DNA of 64,000 bases from Marsupella aquatica (taxonomy: Eukaryota; Plantae; Marchantiophyta). The notes beneath the pieces were generated by a model. That model did not search any database, was not told where the DNA came from, and saw only the letters and a list, made by a program, of their open reading frames with translations. The translations under genes and the position numbers were made by a program. Below, piece by piece: positions 25,746 to 44,864 of this stretch. Position 1 is the first letter of the stretch. Every line of letters starts with the position of its first letter. Location of the stretch: the NCBI GenBank assembly GCA_973895155.1, contig OZ316894.1, positions 10,216,379-10,280,378 of the forward strand, read 5' to 3'.

Positions 25746-28231
25746 CTTTTTCGATTAAGAGATATCACAATCTCATTACCGTCACCAACTTAGCCGTTGA
25801 AAATTGATTTCTTTGATTATGTCGCCATCCCTTGTCCACAATGCTTGTTTCCCGGCTTGAATTGTTAGCATTCCTCTAGTTTTCAACTGAAGCTAGCTCA
25901 CTCTGAACACAGGTTGACGTAAAATGCAGCCTCTATGTCAAAGAAACAATCGTTGGTCTCCCACTCACACCATAGCTTTCTTAAATAAAAAACTACAAAT
26001 CCTTCATGTGAAGTGATGACTCGTTTGTTTTGTGTGTTCTTCTCACCGAATCGACAAACGCTCTTTTGCCAATAGCTAAGTGTTGTTCTCCAGTCTGTCT
26101 TGTGGCGGTAATGTTCAAAGTAATGATCAATCATGAATGATAGAAACACAATTTCTCCAATGTGTAAACAAAAACCGTCAAAAAACTCAATTCCTCCATA
26201 TTCAACCTTCCATTGATAAATCTTCTCTATATTTTGGGCGTTTTCTTTTGTACGAGCACACACCAAGACCATCGGGAGACTCAACACCGTCGATTACCGC
26301 CTTGTTGAAAATTGATTTCACTTCATCAAACACACATTCCTTGGATGAACATGGGGGTACACGGATTAATTGCACACAACATGTTGACAACCATTGCAAA
26401 ACTTGTGAGACCATTCTATTATTGATTTTGATAGTTCAGTACCCATGCATTGCACAAAAAATGTCATTTCGCAAGAAATATTGTTTGCAAAAAAGATGTT
26501 GCATGAAAGATGTCATGCAAAAACGATATAAATAAATGCAAAAGATGTCACGATGTATAAAGTGAAAGAAAACATATTCATCATTAAAATGTGAAAACAA
26601 CACATCATGCAAACTTTAGTTTTTTGCCCTCAAAAACATATTCATCTTTTCAAGTGTACTTGTTTTGTTGGAGCGAGTACCAAGTTGAGGTGCGAGTACA
26701 AATTGAGTTCGTTGTATTTTCATTGCATGGCACATGCAAATACAGTGAACTCTCTATAAGAGACACTCCACAAAGACGGATCTGATGTGCACTAAATATT
26801 TTTTCCATTCCTTGATAAGTGCAAACCCCCTAAAATTTGCACTTCTCAATAATTGGCATCTTTACGGTGAGCAGCCGTGTGACTCGTACACAAAATATAA
26901 ATCATAGCCCTAAATTGGGTCTCCAATTCTATAAGTGCACATTTTTCCTCTATTAAGAAGAGGTGTGCACTTATTACTAAATGTAATCTCATTGGATTAT
27001 GTGTTTACTAATAAGTGTATAAACTTTCTTAGTTTGAGTACAAGTTGCACTTATAAAGTTGTCATTTAGCTAAATGATTTCAGGTCTGTTTGATTTAGAA
27101 AAGATGAAAAACATGCAAACTTTGTGTAAATTGAAGAGGAATAATAAGATGCCTTGTATTTGTATTAATCAAATTTGGCTCTTGTTTAGTTTGCTCTTGG
27201 AGAGAACCAATTGTAAGTTAGGGCAAGTGTAAAAACACTGCATTCAGAAGACTGACACAGGCCACTGACAAATACATTATGCCACCAGAACTGGCAAGGA
27301 CTATGAGGGGATAAGGGGGAATTCCATTGAGGATTGGGGACTGTACTATAGAAAGTAGGGTATGTAATAGCAAGGACAATGGGAGGATCCGGGGGAATTC
27401 CATTGAGGATTGGGGTACATTATAAAAGTATGAGGGAAGAAACAAAAAATTGAGGCATTTTGCAGTGATTTGCTAAGTTTTTCCTACTGGAACCGGCAAA
27501 TTTCGGTTACCACCACATCATTTTTTGGTGCAACCTCTTATTATAGTTCTTGCTGTAGCGCCCATGGTTGGCAAACAGCGGTAGTCAATTGGAGGTGTTT
27601 CAGCTTCAACAGGAATACCCAGACTGTAAAGCCTCCATCCAACATCAACTTTTCTCGTTGAAAAGATCTCCAGAAGCAACACACTGGACACAGTTAACTA
27701 CAGGGATGATGTCCAATGCTGCAGTCAGGGTGTCCGTTTAAAACTCCGTCAAGTGAAGGGTTGGGAACACCATCACGTCATTTCTTCATAACGCACTTCT
27801 CTAAGCAGTTTTATATAAACTGAAAAAATGTGCGACCGAAAGGGATCTGCAAGTTCCACCATACCGTATGAACTAGAAATGTCGAACATTCAGTAGCTAT
27901 CGGTCGATCTCGTTCAGCTGATCTAAGAGTAACTGCAAGAATCAATGTGGACAACTCTTCACGCTTCCCGTTTGGTACAAGCGGTCGAGTTGGTCAATTC
28001 AGTATCAACGACCATACTACTATCACTGAAATAACCTGAGATATCAATGAGTACAAAACAGATGCAAAGCTCCACTGCAGCTCCATTGAAAGCATTGCCT
28101 TTTGGGAGCACATGCAACTCCATTCGAAGCAACCACCTTCTAGTAGCGCTGCACACTCCTGGTCATCCTATCCTAATCAACCAAGAGGAGATCTACGTAG
28201 TTGAAGAGAGAGTTGCTTCTAAGAACCCAGC

Positions 28232-31200
28232 CTATTGGTCGGCATCGCTTGCTTTCTTTGGCGGCCAGTTCGGTGTAGGAGCATTCTGAATAAGCACCAA
28301 GTCTAATTCTCCGCCACACGACTTTGGAAGCTGATCCTTATCAATCTCGTTGGAAAGAACATCCTCGAGATGCTTGTCTTCTACAAACGCTATCTGCACG
28401 TAAGGAAACCGAAGTTGAGAAGCCATGTTGCGAAGGATATACCAATAAAAGATCTCCTAAAAACTAGCCAACGGTGCCCCTAGACACGGATTACATTAAG
28501 CAAGTTGGAAATGCACTAGGGACAGCACAGAACGTGAATGGCCTAACTGTGGGGTACTTTTCGAGAGGCAGGTTAAAAAGCAGTTCGTGTATCCTAGACC
28601 GAGCTGGTCAAGAGTCCGAAGAGTCCATGTTAGGCAGCCAAATGGACGCTAGACCTAATTGGTTCAAAAGAATAGACATACATTGATCAAAATGTAATAT
28701 CACACACCTTATCCCTAGTCCTCTTATCAATGAATTTGTTTACAAGCTTCCATGCCCCCCAGAAGATGTACGGAACATGTATAAGAAATATTTTCTGTAT
28801 TCGCTCTGGGTAGTGAGCCTGCACACAAAAAAAGGCTTGCTCTGTCAGTCAAACAATGCAGTGCTGTCGCATCTAGCCCTTTCGCTGATCATGTTTCTAC
28901 TCATGCCGTGCAGCCAAAGCATAGACTAGGAAGTAATCATCCAGACATCCAGTTTAACAAAGTTTGAGTAGGAACGTCCAACGCAATTTCATTGACTTAT
29001 CTTGCTGCCTAGCCAAACCGTCGTACCGTTTTCGATTGACAAATATCAACAATAGGAAGCAGCAAAGCAAAACAGATCGAATGGAAGAGGTCGCACCTGC
29101 AAGAAGTCAAAAACGACAGTCCAGCCGCGTGGGTCGAGATTTTTGTAGGCCAGACCGTGCAAATCCACAATCACGGTGAACTTCTCCTCACCAGGATGCA
29201 TACTGCGCCACCACTCAGCCAAGGTTAGTTATTTTAATGCAATGAGCAACGTATGCAGTATAGAATGAGCAGAAATCTCTGCACTTATCCTTCTTATACA
29301 ATGTTCCACAAATTACTTCTTTACCTTGACATACTGGAACTAGGCAGTCAGTGAACTATTTAGCCCCAAGTGAAGACTACAGATATGAACAAGGAGGTTT
29401 TGCAAGGCATCCACACCCAGTCATTGAAAGTCCGTCAAAGGTAGTGCCAGCTGCGGAGGTTCTTACCTGGCCACACATTTGTCAAAGTTGTAGACACAAT
29501 ATTCTGCAGAACATTAAGCCACATCGAAGTAAGGAACTCGGTCATCTGGTTGGCAGCCTCAATGATGAACTCCAATTCAGAAATCAGCCATATCTTGTGC
29601 ACTTACAATACATCCAGGAGACTTAGTAGTGTGTAGGATATCTAAATGTTTGGACACTGGTTCTCGAAACCAAAATATTTGACAGCGGGGACTGCACTTA
29701 CACCCTGAAAGGAAGCGGGCAAAAATCTACAGACCTTTTATCTGACTTAGTTTTCTAAAGTCATTTTAAAGTATACCACCTAATTTTCTGAAGTCATTTT
29801 CAAGAATCCCCACAAAAAGCCCTGGTGACGGAAGGGTCCAAAGATCACCATCTGGTCAACATGTGGAACAAACTTACAATGATATTGAGCTTATCTTCAA
29901 ATTAGCCAGAGTCATCAATTGACTTCTCTTTTTTCTTTTTCAAATCTCAACACAATATACCTGTCCTGCTTGCACTGAAATTTCAGGGTTGTGCGTGCCA
30001 GCGGACGGAGCAGAGAAGGATACGAAACTCTGTAAGACAACCAGAAATATAGGACTGCGGTACTATCCACGGAAGAAAAGTGCTGTATCCTGTAATACGC
30101 AAGCCACTTGTACTGTCCCGGAGTAGGGCTTCAGTTCATGAAGGGGTTTCCATCTTACAAATCCCAAGCTTGATTTTCAAGATAGGAAAACTGATCACCA
30201 GAATTCTTCGTTCTGTTCCAAAGAAAAGGAGATTGTTGGGAGAACCGAGAGGATAGTAGGTTAAACGAAGAAAAAGTTCTCACCCCTGGCAGGTACTCTA
30301 CTTTATTGTGCTCTTGTCGCCCCGCGCAGTGTAGTTTTGCATCCATTTAAATGCATTTCAAGCGAGTGATGGAGTAATGAAGTCTCTTTAGCCACAGGGC
30401 CAGAGATAAACATAGATAAGCGAAGAGAGTACTCATGGAAAATCCAGCCAATCAATAAGAGTGGCACCAGCAGAAAGTAACGTACTTTTGAACTCTTCCA
30501 GATTTCGCTTCTTCGCATCATGCTTTGATGCCTGGATGACACCAAGTGGGCGACCGCATTTGTCTCTACCTTGAAGAAAGACTTTCTGTGCAGCAAGCTC
30601 GTTCGGGATCTCTGATTCAGGGATGTATCCGAGAGGTACATATGTCCGCCGCCATTCGAAGTGTTCCATGAACATATCTGTGGCCTTATCAACTTTCCTT
30701 TGCCTTGCCCGAAGAAATCTCCTAAGCGTTGAATCGTCCACATTCTGGATTCATTGAGAGTATGAGAACCCACGTGAAAGACAGTACAAAACAAGACTAT
30801 GAAACTTAAATTCCTCATTAGCTTAAGTTGTAATTCTGCCTGATGTAGTCTTCCACAGCTCGTACCAACTTGTGCTTATCGAAATCAGCTCTCTATAGGG
30901 TTTGATAAATCCATCGAATATTTAGCTTCAGCTATAGTTTCACTTAGAAAGTTTGCAACCTGCTTTTGTTCATCCTTGCCCCTAGCGACCAGATCCTCAC
31001 CATGGAAGAAAGGGCAGTCCAATTTTTAAAAAGTCCCCTTGTCGACGGTCAGGGTTGATGGTATGAGCTCCAACCGGCAGTCTATGTAGACTTATGTCTG
31101 CTGTAGTTAGTAATCACTCCCGTATTTCATCCCACGTTCGACCAGGATCACTTTATGAGACAGTGACCGCGATAAGCTCAGGGAACTAAAAAAACACCTC

Positions 31201-32482
31201 ACTTTATGGTGTCAAAATTGATCGTCATATCTGGACAGTGCAACCGTGTGACAGCCTTGGTCGATACACGGTAATCTGACTGATAGCCTCAGTAAAACAA
31301 AGGCGTATCACGCTCCCCCGTGTGCCAAGACCAGTCACTAAAACATCGATTCTCGAACGACAACGTGAAAGAGCCGAATTTACGCTCTAGTGCACTACTA
31401 CTAAGACAGCCATAAGCTACTGGACAAGAAAGCACAAGAGACACTCTGCCATGTGCAGACCATTACACGTAATGTAATACCCGTGACTGAAAGAAAAAAG
31501 GGAGAAGAAACTATTTGAACAAGATTCTGTCGACTCCATTGATTAATGGGTCAAAGCCCTGAATGAACAAAGAGTTTGCCGAGATCCTCCAATGGGATTC
31601 TATCAGATTTTATGGCTGCGTTGTAAACTTACAGTTAAGTTGATGTTAGAACTACTGGTTAGTGTGATCAATGTAAATCTATAGATGTAACAGTGGACAC
31701 TGTGAGATCGCACTCTACGCGGCTAAAGAGAATCAGAACGAGAACGCACCCCTGACATTAGTGGGCTCATCTCTCTTTCCACAAGCGCTTCGACTCATGA
31801 CACAAAAAATAACCTCTAGTGATTGTCGGATTTACGTTCCCAGCTATACGGACAGCTTGCGCTGTGCGATTCGAGGAGCTTCATCATGAATATCAAACAT
31901 GGGTGAAATCAACAGTGCTAGGGTCGGGGCATCTCTGTGGCAGGTCACCGCTGGAATACCGAAAACTGTATCAATGAATCTGAATCAGGGGAATCACGGT
32001 TCACTCCCACCATTTAATTGGATATTTCCGATATACGTATTTGTCCCCTGTTGTCCAATGTTTTTTCATGACCCCGGACAGATCAGAAGCTTCCCAAGCT
32101 TTCCTAAGGTTTTCTCGCAGTGACGGACAGTGGGTTTGAAGCAACATGGGGGAGAAAAAAAGCAGCTTACCTTAGTCTCAGGATTCAACTTCAGCACGTT
32201 AGCACGCATCAACTTGAGTAGTCTGTCTTCTTCTACACTCTCGAAATTCGACTCATAGTCTGCGTCCGAGGACTGCATTGTGGAAGGCGGAGACACTGCC
32301 CCACTTCCAGCATGCACACCATTCACCGGCGCCTCCAACCCATTACTCAATCCGTGACTCGTGCCTTTAGAAATACTGTTCGTGCTCGTGCCGGTCGCCA
32401 CAGCTCCATTGGCTGTTGCTGTTGCCGGCTCTTCACTCTGTGGTGGCTCGGGGGCCTTTGAAGATCCGGTCTCACCCTCCAT
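28232..32482 (-). CDS. SEC14/CRAL-TRIO lipid-binding/transfer protein
   Basis: Exons 32482-32171, 30744-30486, 29503-29467, 29202-29097, 28818-28708, 28393-28232. Motifs DDSTLRRFLRAR, FLQGRDKCGRP, IVDLHGL, HYPERIQKIFLIHVPYIFWGAWKLV, DQLPKSCGG. Confidence 0.93.
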
Positions 32483-33218
32483 CTCTCTCTCTCTCGAACG
32501 GCTCTCGACCGAGCTCTACGAGCCTCTCAGGGAGACAAGAGGAAAAGAAAAGGTACTGAGTTGGGAGTGAAATAATGGAGTGTGGTTTGGAGGGAAGAAC
32601 GGAATGTACGGTTTGTAAGAGAGAGACACGTTCAAGTGTGCAAAGCAGCACCAGGTGGTAGAGAGTGCTGCAACTTCCTTCCCTGTTCTCTCCTTTCCCT
32701 CCAAGACAGAGTGGGGGGCCTGCAGAATGTGGGGTCAAAGGAAAACAAAAAGGGATCGACCACTTCCACACCTTGTTGTTAGGTGTCAGCAAGCCCGTGA
32801 GTGCGGTCCAATGACCCGAGCCAGCCAGCCAACTCTCTTTTCCCAGCAACACATAATCGTTGGAAGACAATGATCCACCAGTTCACTCGCTCGAGTCAAG
32901 AGCCTCGTACTATAAAGCCATTTTATGTTATCATACTACCACTCCTTTCGATTGTACCGGTCAAAAGACAGAAACCAACCAACCAACTCGTTCCCCACTT
33001 TCCCACCACGGTACCAACAGTCAGGCGACAGTAGCAGCAGCCATGGCTCACTCATCCGCCACAATGCAGCAGCAGCAGCTCCCTTGCGTCCTTCAGGAAT
33101 CACGAGTGGCCTACTTCCGAAAGCAAAGTGTACTCGAGCTCATACTACGGCACTCCCTTCATCAAGTCTCTCCATACTTTCGAATCAAAAACGTCCTGTT
33201 CTGTCTCCCGAGTTGGTT

Positions 33219-33354
33219 GTTGGCTGGTTTGTTGCTCTGCTAGCTTCTGGGTTGCTTCTCAAGCTGAAGTGTTGTTGTTTCCATTCAGGTGTTGGCTGGT
33301 TTGTTGCTCTGCTAGCTTCTGGGTTGCTGCTCAAGCTGAAGTGTTGTTGTTTCC
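33219..33354. repeat. Near-perfect tandem duplication, 72-bp period
   Basis: gttggctggtttgttgctctgctagcttctgggttgct.ctcaagctgaagtgttgttgtttcca at 33219 and 33291. Confidence 0.85.
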
Positions 33355-36065
33355 AATCAGGATTTCAGGACGTTATTTAGTTCTCTCTCATGCCTGGCAT
33401 TCTGATGAGCCCACAGCTCTGCATCACTCAGTCAGTCAGTCAGTCAGTCATTGAGTCTGAGGAAAGAGAATCAGTCAGTCCATGACTCCATGGGCAATTC
33501 AGCAATTGTATTATTGAGTGCCGAGGTTACAGCTCACATTCCACCCACACCTCCTGACTAATTGATTTTATTTTTTACTTTAGACGCGAAGTACTGTAAA
33601 TCTCCTTACACACGATGTTGATGAACTCTGAATCTCTCTCTGATCAGGGGGGTTCAAATTCCACTGCCTATTACTTACCACACGGGTAGACCCGCTTTAT
33701 TTGGGGTTGGGTGTCCCACCTCTAGTTGTGGCTGGTGAGAGAGGGTAACACTTGCTCCTTGTGTGGGCCCTTAGAGCATCCAGCAAGGAGAAATATACTT
33801 GGTAGACCTCGAACAAAACCTTTTTGTCTTGATCTACCGAAAGATCAATTTTGGTATTGATCTACGATAACATAGATTTTCTCTCCCAATGACATCCGGG
33901 CCCACCAAAGATACCATTTAGTGTCATAAGTTCTTGTAAGATGATTTTGCAATCCTTATAACCCAAGAAAACCACTGTAAAACCTAGGTTGTTCTACAGT
34001 TGTTGGGTATCCAACCATGTCACCAAATGTGGTCAACTATAACCTCAATGTCAAGTGAGCCGTTCGCCATACCGTCACAACACTATAGGGAGGGTCACAG
34101 TATACATTGACAATAATGTATATACATGGTTAATGGACTAGGGTTTAGGGTAAACCGCAGCATAGTCGGGTAAAATCAAAATGGATACGCAACGGCCGGA
34201 AAAGGATGTGCATAAGGGCCTCTAACCCTGCATCTTTTTCCTTTAATGACTGCCTTTCCAGACTAATAGGTCTCCATTGTCCCCCCTTATCCCCAAATGC
34301 ATATAGACCCACCACCCAAATGGGAATACGCTGCAACACATTGTGCAGCGTTGGGTGTCATCCTAGGCAATTGTGAAATGCTCTCCCATATTGATTGACA
34401 GTCTTCTACTCGAGACATGTTAGTCGCAATGAGACTCAAATTCCAACAGGAAATTCAAACCTACAGCAGGAAGAATACTCCCGCGTTTGAACTCCATTGA
34501 TTGACAATGGACTTGACGTGTAAGCCCTATACATTGTTCAAACTTTGGTTACTGGATGGCCAGGGGCCATTCATTAATTTCATTTGATCATTTTGATTTT
34601 ACACTCCTACGCTTTGAGTAACTGAAGTGGTTATTCATGAAAAGGATGTGGGCCAGCTATTTAGAGGTCTCTAAATCAGTCGGCAAACATAAGCCGTGAA
34701 GGCCAAAAGCAGCAAAACCAATGCCTGGAGAGGCTCTTGGTAGAAGTGATTTTTTTTTCAGTTGGCCAAATTTTGCCACAATCTTACCTCCTCCAGCCAT
34801 TGGACAATGATTCAAAAGTCAGGTGAAAAATAAGAGAAATTCTGCAAAACCTGCTTTTTGCTGCAGTTGGATTGGCCAATCTTTGAAGATCTTACAGGTG
34901 TCCTTAAGATCAGGAAAGATATAAAGCCTTTCCATAATTGTTATCATATTCATAAGTAGATATTTAGTGGCCACCTATTTTCCCTCCTATGCCATTCGCC
35001 AGTTCAACTCCCTCAAAAAATACATTGAAAAAATAACTTCTTACCTCCCTAATCTTACTAATTGTGACAAACAGCAAGTTAAATATGATCTCAAATTGAA
35101 ATAAGGAAGCTGATGTTAGGATGAACCACAACGTTTGACCATGCAACTACGATGGACCTAGCAGCTCTCGAGACCCAAAAGAGTGCCCATCCATACACAG
35201 GAACGATACTACATGAGTTCAAAACAATATTTCAAATTGGTCTTCCAAGCTCTTGGTCACAAACAAAAGTTGTTTCTCAAAGATTGTGGTACATCCAGGC
35301 CTCCTTTTATGAGACAATTGCTACCAACACAAGCTTGACCTCAAGTGCCATTTCATCAATCAAAGTGTGCTTGACTTTTAAGAATCAATATGAATTCAAC
35401 AATACATTCACGTACCATAGTCTAGCTCCACAAGCTCCACTATGACCTTATTTCTCTCACCCTCCAACCTCCTCTGCACACATAGAAGACTTGAACTCTC
35501 AATTGTGAACACACACATGTGTTCCACTTGGGTACCCCATCCCATGGTCTATGGGAGCCTCGAACTCAAAAAAGTGCTATCTTAGTCTACAAAAAGTTAA
35601 ATAGTATTATAGAAGTAACTAAATTATACTAAAACATAACCTAACAAAGAGTTCCTCTCTTTCAGGCAATGGAAAGATCATGAGGGACTAGGGGGGACGT
35701 GGTCGCCGACAACACGTCTCAATCATGATCAGGGACCGCTCATTGTGTCGTGATGTTTGACCGGCTGCACCCGGGAACAGGTGACCGGGAACCGTGCACG
35801 TACCTTCTCGTTCCCCTCCCTTCCCAAACCACTAATTTCGTGGAGAAGAGAAGAGAAGAGTCTCTGTTTCTTTCGTCACTGCTTTCGAATCTCGAAGAAA
35901 TATCGTCGTTGTCTGTGCCCGACCCAGAGGACGTGATTGAGGTCTATCAACAACCGAGGCGGCAGCAGCAGCAGCAGCTGATTGATCTCAATCGGAGTGA
36001 GCGAGGTCGATCGGTCGAGAGATCGAGAGAGAGCCGGAGTGCAATCTGCAAGGCCGATCTTCGAA

Positions 36066-40137
<4,072 letters not shown>

Positions 40138-40984
40138 GCCGTACCCTTCTTTTTGACAACGAATTTCGAGCTTTTGCTCAGAGTGGGCCAACCGTGTTCA
40201 TGCTGCCAACGCAAATTGGACAATTTTCTCTGGTTAGAAATAACCACTGTTCATGTAGGTTCGGCGGGAAATTACCCGAAGGTGACACAATTTACTCAGT
40301 AGTAAGTTGCTTTTGCTTTTCATTTAGTGAAAGTAGAGCGTAAAACAGTCAGAGTAGAAATACTCAAAGTCGCTGTCTATATTGAGAGGTTCTTTTGCTC
40401 AATAGTTGGTCCTAATGGGATATTGAACTGGCCTTCTATGGTAGAAATTCTTGTTGAGTCAGCTAATGCCAGACAGTACAGTCCTGGGTTTAAAACTCAA
40501 TGTAGACTTGGCAAAAACAATGCCTGCCTAGCTTGCCAGATCCTCTAGTAGTGCCGTTTCTCCAAATAGCTGCTAAGACTGTCTCCAGTTGGCATCAATA
40601 AAAAATTACTGAAGTGAAGGGGCATCAGAAAGGGATAATAAAAATCTGGATTGATACTTCAGTTCATTAAGTGAGTGAGGGACTTCTAGCCTTCATTTTC
40701 CATTGTTGTCATCCACTTCGAAAATGAAGGCTAGAACCGGGGTGAGACCAGCGTCATTGAGTCAGGCATTTAGCGAATTTCATGAAATTTAGCCTCATCT
40801 AATCGTTCTCCTCACATCAAGGCAAATTTGATGGCTCATATATGTCTGTAAAAAAACTGTGAGAAAAAATATCGCTCAAGGCAGGAGAGGATTGGCCACC
40901 TCAACTACTTACCAGATTTATTGAGTGAACAAGTTGCAGTCTAGGGTATTCTAAGATAGTGGTACTGTATTTTCTACACGAAAT

Positions 40985-41801
40985 AGATATTTTAGTACTT
41001 TGATAAAATCTCCCAATGTTACATTGGAAAGATACTTTAATACTTAATAAAATCTCCCAATGTTATATTCATTGGAAAGTTTTTCTACACAAAATAGATA
41101 CTTTAATATTTGATAAAATCTCCCAATCCCAATGTTACATTCATTGGAAAGATAAAGAACATTGGAAACTTATTATCTTTTTAGAATTCAACTAAATCTA
41201 TCAATGTTAAATTCATCAAAAAGCTAAAGAAATTTTAAAATTCATAATTTTCTTAGTATTCATAAAATCTGTCAAATTTAGGTTCATTTTCATGGAAGGG
41301 GTAAACATTTCAAGGGTTGTATAACAAAGATTTTTATTCACGTTAGAAACTATGAAATCACGGGTAAACTCTATTTTTCAAATTATTTATTCAATTTTTA
41401 CTGAATGATGACAATGCTGAGCTCATTAGGACCGTCTTGTCAAGATCTTTCTAACTCCATATTATACGTGAGTTTTCATTATGATTTGACTTAGCAATGT
41501 CAATTCAAAAATTACTACCAGGAAAATTTTATGTTTTTGAATAAAATAAAAATGTAAATAAAACAATTATTGAGATCAATTTTACCTCAATCTTTTTGTC
41601 TTTTGATTTACATGTCAGTTTTTTTACATTTGTTTTTATGGCATGGCGTCCTAGTTTTTACAGCAAACTTGCCACAAACACGAATGCAGAAGCTAATTTT
41701 ATCCAAAAACAAGTCTCTTCCTGTTTGCAGCGTGCCATGATGATGTGGCGCGCTGTGGAGCCAGGAATTTTAGAAAGGATCCCTAATGGGGGTCCGTAAT
41801 G
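40985..41801. mobile_element. Right end of the recurring TIR family, preceded by the same ~60-bp array
   Basis: Array units ttagta..tgataaaatctcccaatgttacattcattggaaag at 40985-41295; terminus atgggggtccgtaatga at 41786-41802. Confidence 0.6.
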
Positions 41802-44800
41802 AGGAAGAATGCATAGAAAATGCAGAGGTAGAGTTCAAGCTTAGCGTGACAAAAGAGCTCTTTACTCAGGGACCTGAACATAAATAGAATGATACATAAA
41901 AAGATTGGTGGAGAGTAGAAAATTTGCCCAAGTTTGGTACAGAAGTCTTGTGTGACCAAAGAGCTCTTTAGTACTGGAGCTGGTAAATACAAAGATTAGC
42001 AAGAGTAGACAAGCCACCCAAAGTAGGTACTGGTAAATAAAAAGATTGGCCAAGAGTAAACAATCCGCCCGAAGTCTGCTACACTAGTATGAAACAAAAG
42101 TACTAATCTTCCTGTGAGTAAAAAGTTATAGTCCCAAAGGTGGTTGGTGAGCAACAAAAAAAGGAGTTCTGTGTGAGCGAGGACTTCTTGTAGTCCCAAC
42201 ATAAATACCAAACAAAGAGTACCAGCCTTAGCGTGAGCAAAGAGCTTTTTAGTGATTGACATAAATTAAAAAATTGCCGAAGATTAGAGAATTGGCTGTG
42301 AGTACGCTACACAAGTACACAGTACCAATCGTGTCGAGTAAATAAGTCAGTTTACTTAGATGCAGAGTTCCGCAAGAGTTTGTTTCTGAATCTGAGGACC
42401 AGCTTGTTGAGAGACGCCACTAATGATTTTCTCATGGACGGTGAAACACATGGATGGATTATAGAACACGTTACCCAGGCGAGTGGATTTTTACTCTCTC
42501 CTTGATATACCTTCGCCAAAACAATTGTTCAAGCAAAAGAAAAGTTCGAATGGCTCAGAGTAGAGTGCAGGTTCAATATTGAATGAAATATGTAAAGAAA
42601 CTAGATGCCTGTACGAGATTTGTCCAGTAGATCATAGTCTGATCGATGGTGCATGTAAAGTCAATGGGTTCATTCCAAGTGCATCGATCTTTCATTATTT
42701 TGTCAAATGCGGACAGATAGTTTCCGCATGAAGTGCAACCTGACCAGACACAAAAGGTAAATCAAATCAGGATGTAGTTCGAATCAGGTTCAATGATGTC
42801 TGCATGGTATTGGCGGAGATTGCAACCGGGGCAGAAAAATTCACAAATCTAACACTATAATACTCAATGCCGCTCTTTTTAGTTTTCGTTCGTTTATGAA
42901 AAGTGCAATGGGCGGGAATGATTCCCTGCCAATGGATCATCTTACCTTTTTTGCAGACCGTTAGATGACAAAAATAAAGTGTCATGGTGGTATAGGGATG
43001 TGGGGATGACTCACATGCCTTGGGATGAGGATGTTACTTCTGAGTGCCATTGGATTAAAAAAAGTGGTTCAGAGCAAGTACGAGGAATGTGAGTATGGGG
43101 TCCAATGGGATAGGGATGGTTGTCAGGGACATGTACGAAGGAATAGGAGGGAGTGACATGTACGAAGGAATAGGAGGGAGCACAAGTTAGTGTATTAAAA
43201 AATGTCAGAGTGGATAGTGAGGTAAGCATGTGTGTTGGCAATGGGGTACCACACTGGAGATAATAAAAAGGTGTGAGGTACAAAGACATGTATGGTACAA
43301 AAACAAGGTAAGGGAAACAAAAATACATCCTAGATACCAAGTCACTTATAATACAAAGGCAAGGAAATCAGTGGGGAGATAATATAAAATTTTAAGATCC
43401 CAAGAGTGAGAGCGAGGTCACAATTCTATTTTGCATTTAGAGGACAGATGTGTCAATAAACTTTATTCCAAAATATACGAGGAGGATACTTAATATATCC
43501 AAATTGCCCCCAAGGCCACAAATAGACTTTCTAAATATTTGTTTTTGGTGGGGAATGATTTTCTCTGTTTAGTTAGATTTTGAAGAGGGGGCCGGGCTAT
43601 TCGTTTTTCTCTTTGTTTTTTGTGAGGGTAGTTTTTGTGGCCTCTCTTTGATCTCTTCTTTTTTCAGCATGTTTTATGCACGACTTCTTTATGCTCGACA
43701 CATTTTGTTCTTGACATATTTTCCGTTTGACATCTTTCACACCCAGTTGTGTTTTTTCTCTGTATCCTTTGCATGCTAGAGATATTTTCTACTTGGCATC
43801 AAGTACTATAATATGCAATTTGGCCAATTCTTGGGGGATTGTCTGATTACAAACTCAAAACGAATGGAACACAATCTTGATCGTCTGCTAAAAACATGTT
43901 GACGCGCACCCTTCTGAAGCTCTTCGATCATGAGCCCGATTATTTTTGTCCGTTCATCAACTGAGCCAATCTACGGCTCAAAATGCAGATCTTCTTTAGA
44001 TCTACGTCTCAGAAATAACCAGATCATCAAATGATAAAAACGAGGGAGAAAAATGATAAAAACAATCCAAACAATCTCATTCTGAATTTTTGGGCAGGTC
44101 GGACAGGGACAGGTGTACCATCGGGTGACCGGGCAAACCACCGGGCAAATATTCACACAATATTCCACTACTATTAATTTTCTCAGTCCTTTTTCGGAAG
44201 GGTCAAAGAAAGACCTACATGGCGGTGGGCGTAAAGTTGCTCCTGGGAGAGTGACGACGTGTGAATTGTAGCGGCACTGGCTTGGTGATTCTCATGGCCA
44301 AAGAGGTATTTTTACTTGCTTCCACATATTCGGGGATGGCCATTTTAATTTTTCTAGACCTTCATGTTTCATGGAGAAGAGGGTGGCCATATTAATTTAT
44401 CCAGACCTAAATGTACTTTGTGATTTTTCTCTTCAAACTTCTGGTGTTTTTAGAGAAGAATACACTATACAAAAACATCAATGTGACTATTTACAAAAGT
44501 TTGCTCAATTTAAGTTTTGGACTGTATTTGACTGATATCTAGCCAAAACATGCCTTTAAGGGCGTGTTTCAACAGGTAACACCAATAGCAAATTAAAGCA
44601 TTTTACTCAAGAATATGAGAACCCCAGGGGAGAGATTGGAAGTTGATTGCAAGCTATATGCCCAAAATAGGGAAGCCAGAAATGCAAGACGCCCCCAACA
44701 ATAGTGCACAAGAGGGGACTGAAGTTTCTGAGGTGCCACAACCAAATGTCACGGACCCTTTGGTACAAGAAACAAGTGTGGCAACATCAAGTGTTAGAAC

Positions 44801-44864
44801 CCAAGCGAAGCTATTAAAGGCCAACCGCAAGTAATATGTGAGATACCATGTTTGCCTCACTTTG

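Noticed and set aside
25898-26535. Short ORFs on both strands next to the 60-bp array
   Set aside because: Multiple stops and no recognisable domain; likely degraded TE sequence.
26741-26765. TA|CAGTGAACTCTCTATAAG, pogo/Tc1-like TIR start
   Set aside because: No matching opposite TIR found, so no element could be delimited.
32860-33454. Overlapping + strand ORFs (127-151 aa) divergent from the SEC14 gene
   Set aside because: Inflated by a 72-bp duplication and CAG runs; no recognisable protein or splice structure.
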